Positions 30,679 to 39,600 of a DNA stretch of 64,000 nt are shown here, in pieces. Positions within the stretch are counted from its first letter, which is position 1; every line of letters begins with the position of its first letter. Source of the stretch: Verrucomicrobiales bacterium (GTDB taxonomy: Bacteria; Verrucomicrobiota; Verrucomicrobiia; Verrucomicrobiales; V1-33); assembly GCA_031411295.1 (NCBI GenBank), contig JANOAV010000021.1, positions 1-64,000 on the forward strand, read 5' to 3'. The notes beneath the pieces were generated by a model that worked only from the letters and a program-made list of their open reading frames with translations, was not told the origin of the DNA and made no database searches. Both the position numbers and the translations under genes were made by a program.

Positions 30679-33600
30679 TCACTGTGGTGCGGCGGTGCTG
30701 GTGTAAATGACGGAAAGACGCTGGGCCAGATCACTTGCGATGGCGGGGGTGGCATAGACATTGTAGAGTTGAGCCGCTGCAATGTGGCCGTCGAAGTTGC
30801 CGCCAGATAAATTTCCGCGCGCACCGCCGATGGCGATTCCGGTGTTCGCTCTGGGTAGGTTGTAACGACCAGTGGTTGCGGCGGTGGTGTTGGGGTCGAT
30901 GTATCCGGATTGGGCGATTTGCTGGCCATTGGCGTCGAAAAGCCAAGTGGAATAGCTTGGTTTACCGCTGCCGTCATTGGCGGTCCAAGTGGCCAGCGCG
31001 ATCCACCATTTGCCAACCATGCCGGTGCCTGCGGGCACGGAAATCGAGGCATCGGTTCCGGCTCCGGACCCTGCACCGACGCCGAACCAGATGGCATCGC
31101 TGCCGTAGCTGAGACCCCAATCGTTGCCGGCACCGCTGATGTCAGCATTGAGGAGTTGGGCTTTGTTCCAGAATTGAGTGCCGACGGAATTCTCTGAATC
31201 TCCGTCTGGTTTGAAGACACAGATGGCGGTAAAGCTGGTGGCATTGGTCAGCGCGTATTTTCCTGCCGGGACGTTTGAGGCCAAGGCGTCGTTAAAAGTG
31301 CTGCCTCGGAACTCAACGGCTGATTTGCCCGTGGGCGTGACTGCGAGACGCAAGGTGGGAGAAGCATTGGGAAGCAGGGTGTCCCCACCAACTGCGGCAT
31401 CAAGCCATTGTGAAATTGTGGTCCCCGCACCGCCGCTGGTTAGGCCGGCAGTGGCCCAGTCAGAAACTGGCGCTAGCAAGGCATCTGGGGGTGGTTCATG
31501 GGCAGCGCCAGCCCCATCGGCCGCGCCCACTTGCACGCGGTAGTAGCCACGGTTGGACGCGGGAATGGAGATTTTCACATGGGTGGTTGAGGCGATGGCG
31601 ACGATGTTTGCTCCGCTGATCGGGGTCCAGTTAGTTAGATTAGCGGAATTCCAGAGGCTGTAAACGATTCCCGGGACGGATTCCCACGTGATATCGAGAA
31701 CCTTACCGTTGAGCAAATTGGAATTGGCACTGAAAGCACTGATGCGCAGGCGGGAGGCTGCGGAGGTGGGCACGGTGCCTGCCAGGAATTCGCTGGCGTT
31801 GGATTGGCCGTCGCCATCAGCGTCCTGCGCGCCATCGGCAGCGGAGTTTGGATTGAGGCCGTAAAAGCGTTCCCAGTCATCTGTCATGCCATCGCCATCC
31901 GTGTCTGCGCCAAGGCGGCTAACGGCGGCTTGTTCGACGGCTCCGATATCCGCAATACCGCTAGCAATTCGTGACTGACCGCGTTGATCGGTGAGGTAGA
32001 GAGCGAAGAGCGTGGGATCGCCAGCGTTCAAAGCCGGGCTGCCCGCCAGTGGGGTGTGGGTGCGGGTAGGCCCACCATTGGATGTCAGGGCTCCCAGCTT
32101 GGCATCCAGCGGGGAACCGATGAGGCCAGTGCGATCGCTGGCCGTCCAGCCAGTGCTTCCGTTGCTGACGCCGATCAAATTGAAACCTGCTGAAGCGGCG
32201 GTCCCTGCCATATCGCGACTGCCTGCGGAGGTGTTTCCAGAAATGATGGAATGCCAAATGCTGGCCGTTCCGGTGCCGGAATGTGCGATGCCGCCCCCAT
32301 TGCTGGCTGAGTTGCCAGTGATGGTGGTGAAATAGACTCCCAGCGTGCCCGTATTGCCAATGCCACCTCCAGAGCCAGTTCCGGCGGCATTTCCAGAAAT
32401 GGTGGACGTATGGACGGTGAGATTTCCGGTATTCCGCAATCCTCCAGAAGTGCTGGTGGCGGCATTTCCTGTGACCGTGCAGCGTTGCAGCCACGCGGTG
32501 CCAGCGTTGTCCAGACCCGGGCCGACAGCGCCTGTTAGCGTCAGCGCCTCAAGGTAGCCATAACCACCGACGGGCACGGAGACAGCGGAGGGGCGGCCTC
32601 CGGCATCAATGGTGATTCCATTGGGGAGGTTAGTCGCAGAAATGCAGGCGTAACGGGAAATGCTCAACGGTGTGTTCTGCCCGCCCTGGGCGGTGGCGAG
32701 GCGGATCGTTTGACCATTGAGCGTCTCGCTAAACAGAATGTTATCCGCCATGTGGACCGGCTGGAGAGCTTCCCGCAGGCTGAATCCGCCATTGCCGGGG
32801 CCGTCGATGCCGTCCGTGGCGGTGGTCACGATTAAGGTGCGCGCTTCCACTGCGCCAATGTCACTTTGGAACGTATCATCGCCATTGCCGTCGGCCCAGC
32901 GCTCCAGTCCCCGCTCATCGATGACCGGGCTGTTGAGAATTTCGACTTCCGCAACGCTGAGTCTGGCGGCAGCCGGGCCGCCCTGTGCGGTGGGGAATGC
33001 CACCCGGTAGTAAGGCCAGCCGCTGCGGGCGGTGAAATGAAGCGTCTGCGTGGTGTTGCGTGCCGCAAAAGGCGCGATGGTGTCTCGGGCCAGTTCGAGG
33101 AATGTTTCCCCGTCGCGCGAGCCTTCCAGGATATAGGAAGCGGGATCGTCCGTGGCCGGACCATTGCCGCTGGTGACACGCAGGGCATGAGCGGCCAGCA
33201 GAGGATTGGCGGGACGGACAGTGAGCTGCCTCGTCTGGTTCTGGACTCCCCGGGCTTGGAGGGCTTGGATTTCTGAGGCACTCAGTGCGGTGCGCCAGAG
33301 GGAGACGTCATCGATCTTACCCGCATAGGCATCTCCGATACGGAACGCCGCACTTGGATTCAGGGTCATGGGAGTGGTGGCCGTGGCACGGAGGGAGCCA
33401 TTCACATAGAATTGAGCGGTCTGCGTCGGTGCATCGTAGGTGGCCGCCAGATGATACCAGTTGTTTGCAAAAGCGGTGTTCCCATAAAGATAGCTAACGG
33501 TGGTTCCTTCCACTTCAAAGGTCCAGCGATTGGTGACATCCAGGTAAATGATGAAACCACGGAAGGGGCTAGATTCCCGGTTAGTGATGACGTTGTGATA

Positions 33601-36600
33601 ATTGCTGTCCACGAGGGTGGGATAGGCCCAGCAGGAAACGGTAAATGATGTCGGATTAAGCGCGGAGGCGTATGGAACGGTGATCTTTCCAGAAAGGTCC
33701 GAGGCATAGGAAACCGAGGATCCACTGAGGCCCGTGGCTGGTGACTGGGAAAAGGAAACCGCGCCAGTCGCTGCACCCGTGCGTCCGGCCACCAACTCCT
33801 GAGTGCCGGTGTCCAGCGGCCACCAGGCCACCAGAGACGGATCAATGCTGCTCCATGCGGTGGTTGGATTGCCGTCGAAGGCTTTGCTAGTTTCAGAGCC
33901 GATGGCACTGTTGCTGGCTGCAGGAGTCACGGCATCCGAGCTGCTAGTGAGCGGAATTTCACTGGTCCTACCATGGTCGATGGCCGCACTGTTTGCCAAC
34001 AGCGGATGCACTGGTATGAGGCCACCATAGCTGCCCAGCGGGCCCAGCATGGCATCGCCCCCGAGCAGGCAGGATCCGTCCTGGGTAAAGCTGCCGATGA
34101 TTTCCTGCGTCGTGCTGTCATTAGCCACAATCGAGCTTTCCAACTTCAGAGATGCCCCTGCATTGTTGACGGCCCCGTTGGCTGCGATGCGGCTTGTGTT
34201 ATTGGAAACGGTGCTGGAAACAAGATGGGCCGAGCCGCCAGTCAAGCCGATTCCGCCGCCACCATCAGCGGTGTTTCCTGAGATCGTGCTTTGTGTTATT
34301 TCCACTCTGCCGCTGGAGGAAATTGCGCCTCCGTTAGCACCGGTCGCTGCGGTGTTGTTATAGATGGTGCTGCTGTCCAGGAGCGCCATCGCGCCCGCTT
34401 CATTGCGCAGCGCTCCGCCGCCCAGACCGCTGTTGTTTCCACGCAATTCACACGCCATGATGGCCAGTTCTCCTTTGTTTAAAATGGAGCCACCGGAGTT
34501 GGTGGTGGAACCGTTGATGAGATTGAGATTGCGCAATTCCAACCTCCCGCCATCCACTTGGAAATGACGCGTGGCATTGCCGCCGGAGATGGTTAGTCGA
34601 TCTGGCGATGGGCCGAAGAATTCCAGTTCCCCCAAGGCATGCTGCGTGCCGCCCGTGCGGCTGACGGCATAACGGATGAAAGAATACGGAGGCGCGATAT
34701 TCGGCAAGGTGACTAGCACCACTTGGTTTCGTGCCGACCACAGGGAGGTATTTCCAGACTGGGTAAAGATGGGGGTGAAATTCGCCCCATCGTTGGAGCC
34801 AAGGATCTGCCAATCAAGCGGATCGCGAGATGGGGTGTCGTTGGACGAGGAAATGGTGAAATGGCTCAAGGTTACGGGCTTGGCAAAGCGGACTGTCACC
34901 TGCTGCGGGGCGGCTGCGCAGCACCACTTGGCGTTGGCACCAAGTTGATTGTCAAAAACCTCTAACGCTCCCTCCGCGAATCCACCCGTGCCATCATTGA
35001 AGTAGGCCTGAGAGGTATCGCTGGTGGTAACGTCCAACCAATTGAACTTGGTTCCCTTAGTGCCCCCGGTGCCCACGCCGTCGTTTTCAGGATCCGTAAG
35101 ATCGCTGCCCAGCAAGGCCGCCGTGCCCGTGCCCAGCACGGTAAAGGTGGCTGCCGCAGGACGACTGCTTCCTTCGATGACCAAGCCCCTGTAAGCGCTG
35201 ACGTTGAGCTGGCTGGTTAGCGTGATGGTGCTGCCGCCCATGGCGGTGGTGTTAAATTTGATGGTTCCTCCGCCATCCGCACCCGCTTGGAGCACGGCTT
35301 CCCTCAGGGAAAGTTTCCCATCCGCGGGATCCAGCGTGTCCGCAGCGGTGGTGACGATCAACGGAGCCTGCAATTCATAAGCCCCGATGTCCGGGCCGCC
35401 AATATTCCGGCGGGTGTTGTAACGGTTGATCACAAGTTCTCCCACGCTCAAAAATGGTTCCGCGTCTCCGTTCACCACGGTCCTGGCCACCTTGATGGCG
35501 CGGGCATTCACGGTGATCCCCATCGGCACGCGAAGCTCCACCGGACCATTCAGAATATTGCCAGGATTGAGCAGCGTGGAAGTGAACACGGGCACGGTGG
35601 CGGCAGCATCACTGTAAACCGTCACAGTCACGTCCTTCAAACGATACGGACAGCAGTCGATGCGGTTTGTCACCACGACTTCATCAATTTGCGTGGTCGC
35701 TGACAGTGTGACTTTCCACCATGGTGCAAAATCACCAACCTCCGTGTGGCTGATGCTGGTGAAATCTCCATCGATCGCAAGGTCTGGAGTGGCGCAGCCT
35801 GGGCCGCAGTTGAATGTGGTGCTTTGGGTGGCCACCGCTCCTGCCAGACTAACGGACACGAGATCCTGCTGCACGCCGTAGAGTTTCACCTCGCCCAGGG
35901 AAAGAATGCCCGCGTCCGTGCCCGTGGAATTTTTGGAGACCCGGATCACTCGCGCGCTCACGCCATTGAGCGAGACCGGAATGACCGCAGGGCTGCTGAG
36001 CACATTGCCGGGATTGATGACAGGAGAGGTGTAGATTACATTCGTAGCCGCCGCATCGCTGTAGGCACGGATGGTCAAATCTTTGAATCGCTCCTGGCAG
36101 CAGCCATCTCCGCGATTGTAAAGGACGATCTGGCTTACTGCGTTAGTGCTGGGCAGCGTCAGCGTCCAGGCGGGACTTGAATCGCTGGGGCTCGTGTGAG
36201 TGAAATTGGATAAATTTCCGTCAATGCCATTGGGCGCTGGGAATCCGGGATTTTCCGAGCTTTGCGTGGCCACGGCTCCGGCCAGGCTGATTTCGCTGCC
36301 GATTTGAACCGGAAATTCCGAATCCCCATCCGCTCCGCGTGGGATTCCTCGGGCATCCGTGAGCAGGAAATAGCCTCCGCCCGGACCAGCCGCCGCATCC
36401 ACGGCCGGGCTGGTAGGGAGGATCGCATGCGTTTTGACCGGGCCACCGTTGTTGGCCAGCGCGGAAAGACCGGGCGTGGCTGAGACAATGTCGTTAGGCG
36501 ATAGTCCGCTCATCCCTGCAGTGGAGCTAAATAAATTGTATCCATCGCTGCCAGTAATCCCGAGGAAATCAGGCCCACTAGTGGTTGAAGCGTTCCCCGC

Positions 36601-39600
36601 CACAATACTGCTAACTAAATGGCGCTCTGGATAGCTGTCCGTCGTCAGTCCTCCATTGTAGATGCCGCCGCCGCCGTTGGTGGTGGCGGCATTGGCTGTG
36701 AACGTGCAGCCGATGATGGTGAAATTGACCGAACGCTGCCCCACTCCTGCGGCGGCCGCCATCCAGATTCCGCCGCCCCCCACCGCCGAGCAACCGGAGA
36801 CGGTGCAGTTGCGCATCACAACTGTCGTGGTGTTTGCCGCATAGATGCCGCCTCCAAAACCGGTGGTGGATTGGCAATTGCTGATGGTGACATTTTCCAG
36901 GGTCAAGACCGAGCCGCCGTGGTAGATTCCCCCGCCGTGGTTGGAGGTGGTTTTCCCTGCATCAATGGTCAGATTTTTCAAAGTCAGCGCCCCCACCGAA
37001 TTGATCACGCGATTCAAGCCGCGTCCTGAAAGAACCAGACCAGGCGCGGTGCTGCCATCCAAGGTCAGGGAGGTGTTGCCAAGCGGCAGTTCCGAGTTGA
37101 GTTGCAGCGTCTGCCCGGCCATGCTGAGTGGGAAGACGATAGTGCTGCCGGAGGGACTGTATTTGAATGCCTCCCGCAGGGAAATCCCGGTGCCGCCGCC
37201 CAGCGAGCCATTGTCCTCATCTGTCAGAGTGGTGACGGTCAGGGTGGCAGGTTGAGCCGTGGCGGGGGCTTGTTTGCGGAACAGGATGGAGAAATTCCGA
37301 TCCCGTGGAATGGAGCCTGGCTTGTTGGCAGCGTAAAGCACCGCTTTGTTATTCGCCTTGTCCTGCAGCCCGATCGTGGCGCTGTCCCCACCGGGATTGC
37401 CCGGCAGGTATTGGAAAATGATGTCCCCAGAGGTGCCGAAGACGAGCACCTGAAAGCTGAAGGCCTCCGGGTGGCCTGCCAAGTGGGCATCCTGCCATTG
37501 CCAGACCTTGAGCGTCTCCGCTGGCGAACCATGCGGGTGGGGATTATTGGTGAAACTTTGATAAAAGACGCCTCCGCTGCGGGCCGTGTCCAGCGCATCG
37601 TGGTAAGGATAGAGCCGGAAGCCATTGGCTCCGAGATCAGGCGTGGCGGGTAAAGTGGTATCATTTGTTGAATCGCTCCCATTATCTGGCTGCCCGCCCA
37701 GATAGCCGTGGAGAGAAGGGTCCACTAGCGTGTAGTTGGCACTAAACATTTGCAGTTGGGGATACTGGCCGTAGTCGGTCCCGGTTCCAAGGAAGCGCAG
37801 TTCCCCCAAAGCAACCCGACCGCCGCCCGACAAACCCTCGCCCACCCGGTTGGCCGTGATCGTGACTCGTAAAAACTGGTGGCCATCATTCGAAAACGGC
37901 GAACCCGTCAATGGAATGCGCACCGCCTTGCCCGCAGTGGCTGCAGGAGTGCTGACGGTAACACTCTGACCAGTTGGCCATACCTGCCATTGATGAGTAT
38001 TGACGGAGTCGAAATACACCGGCTCCAGAAGGAAGGTTTTGGCTTCGTCAGCGCTCCCTGCAATGCCCCAGACGACGAGATCCGAGACTTTGTAAGCCGC
38101 GCCAAGGTCAAAGATGATTTTGGGTTGGACGCCGCCAGCATTGAAATAATTTGATCCCGATGCCGTGGTATTCCACCGGTCCGCCTGAGCCGTGCTGTGG
38201 GTGGTTCCGATGTAGCTGGCGAGCCTGGCCGAGCCACTCAAGCCAGTGTCGTTGATCACGTTGTAGATTGGGTTCTCCGCAGTGCCGGCTTCCATCAGGG
38301 CGGAAATGGGTTTGATCAGCGTCTGACCTGCAATTTTCTCCCCACCCATTGATGCATCGATCCATTGGAACTGCGGCCCAGCGATATTGTCGCTCGTGCT
38401 GATGGCGTAATTCACATCTGGCGGAGCCGCCGCATAGCCGGTATCGGATCCATAGTCTCCCCAGGGATCATTCGTGCCCACCGTCCGCTGCTGCACCCAA
38501 TACCAATAGGTTACTCCAGGCACAGTAGTGGAATCCGTGCCACTGGTGTTCCCAGTCGGCACGGTGATGTAGGCATTGCCTGAGGTTGGACTTCCCGCGC
38601 TGGTCGTGCGCAGCACCCGATACTCCGTCCAGAACGCACCCGGCCACACAATGTTCACTGCGGGTCCGGTCCCATCAGAGGCTGCCACAGAAACCGTGGC
38701 TGGATCTAGCCGATAACCAGTGTCCGTGGAAACAAAACTTTCCGCTCCGTCGGAAACACGCCGTCCCTTGACGGTATAGGTCACTACCTGACCTGGCGTG
38801 ACTGCGGCCGTGTCGGTGTAAGTCGTTACCGCGCCCAACGTGATCGTGGTCGAGCTGCCGCCCGCAGGAGTGCGGGTAACGACGTATTGATCCGCACCCG
38901 GAACGGCACTCCATGTCAGCACAATTTTATCAGAATAAATCCCGTTAGAAGCGGAGAAACTCTGGATGAATCCGAGTTGGAGCGTGGCTAGGAACCAATC
39001 ACTCAAAAGACTCGTTTGGTTAGTCGCAGTATCCCAGGCTTCCACCGCAAAATAACGGCCGGTGCCATTGGAAACATAGGCCAGACCGTTGCCCGTGGCA
39101 TTGCCGGAACTGCTCCACACGTTGCTGGAGGTGGCTCCAGTGAGGGAGGGCGTGCTGTTGCGATAAACGGTGCCGCCCTTGATGGAACGACCGCTGAAAC
39201 TAAAATTTACCTGCACAAAATCGCTTGTCCCAGAGGCGGACGTGATCACGGGCTTGGGCAGAAAATAGATTTCGTCCAGCCACGCACTGCTGTGATCCGG
39301 TGCCACGTTGGATGGAATGGAATACTGCCAGCGCACCACGTGGTTCCCCGCAGAGGGAATGAAGAAAGTGTATTTCGTCCAATCCGTCACCCCTTGCACT
39401 GTGGGCACCACTTGAATTCCGTCTGACCAGAAAGACAATCCTGCGGTCGCTGCCCCATTTGTTTTTGCCCAATACGTCAGCGTTCCGGGACCAGTTACAT
39501 TGCGTTCCAAGCCCGTCCTCTGCCCTGGCAGAAGCAAGGGCGAGACCGCTGCCGAAGCACTGCCGCCGAGGTGGCTTTCCGTATTTTCCCAACCCCAACC

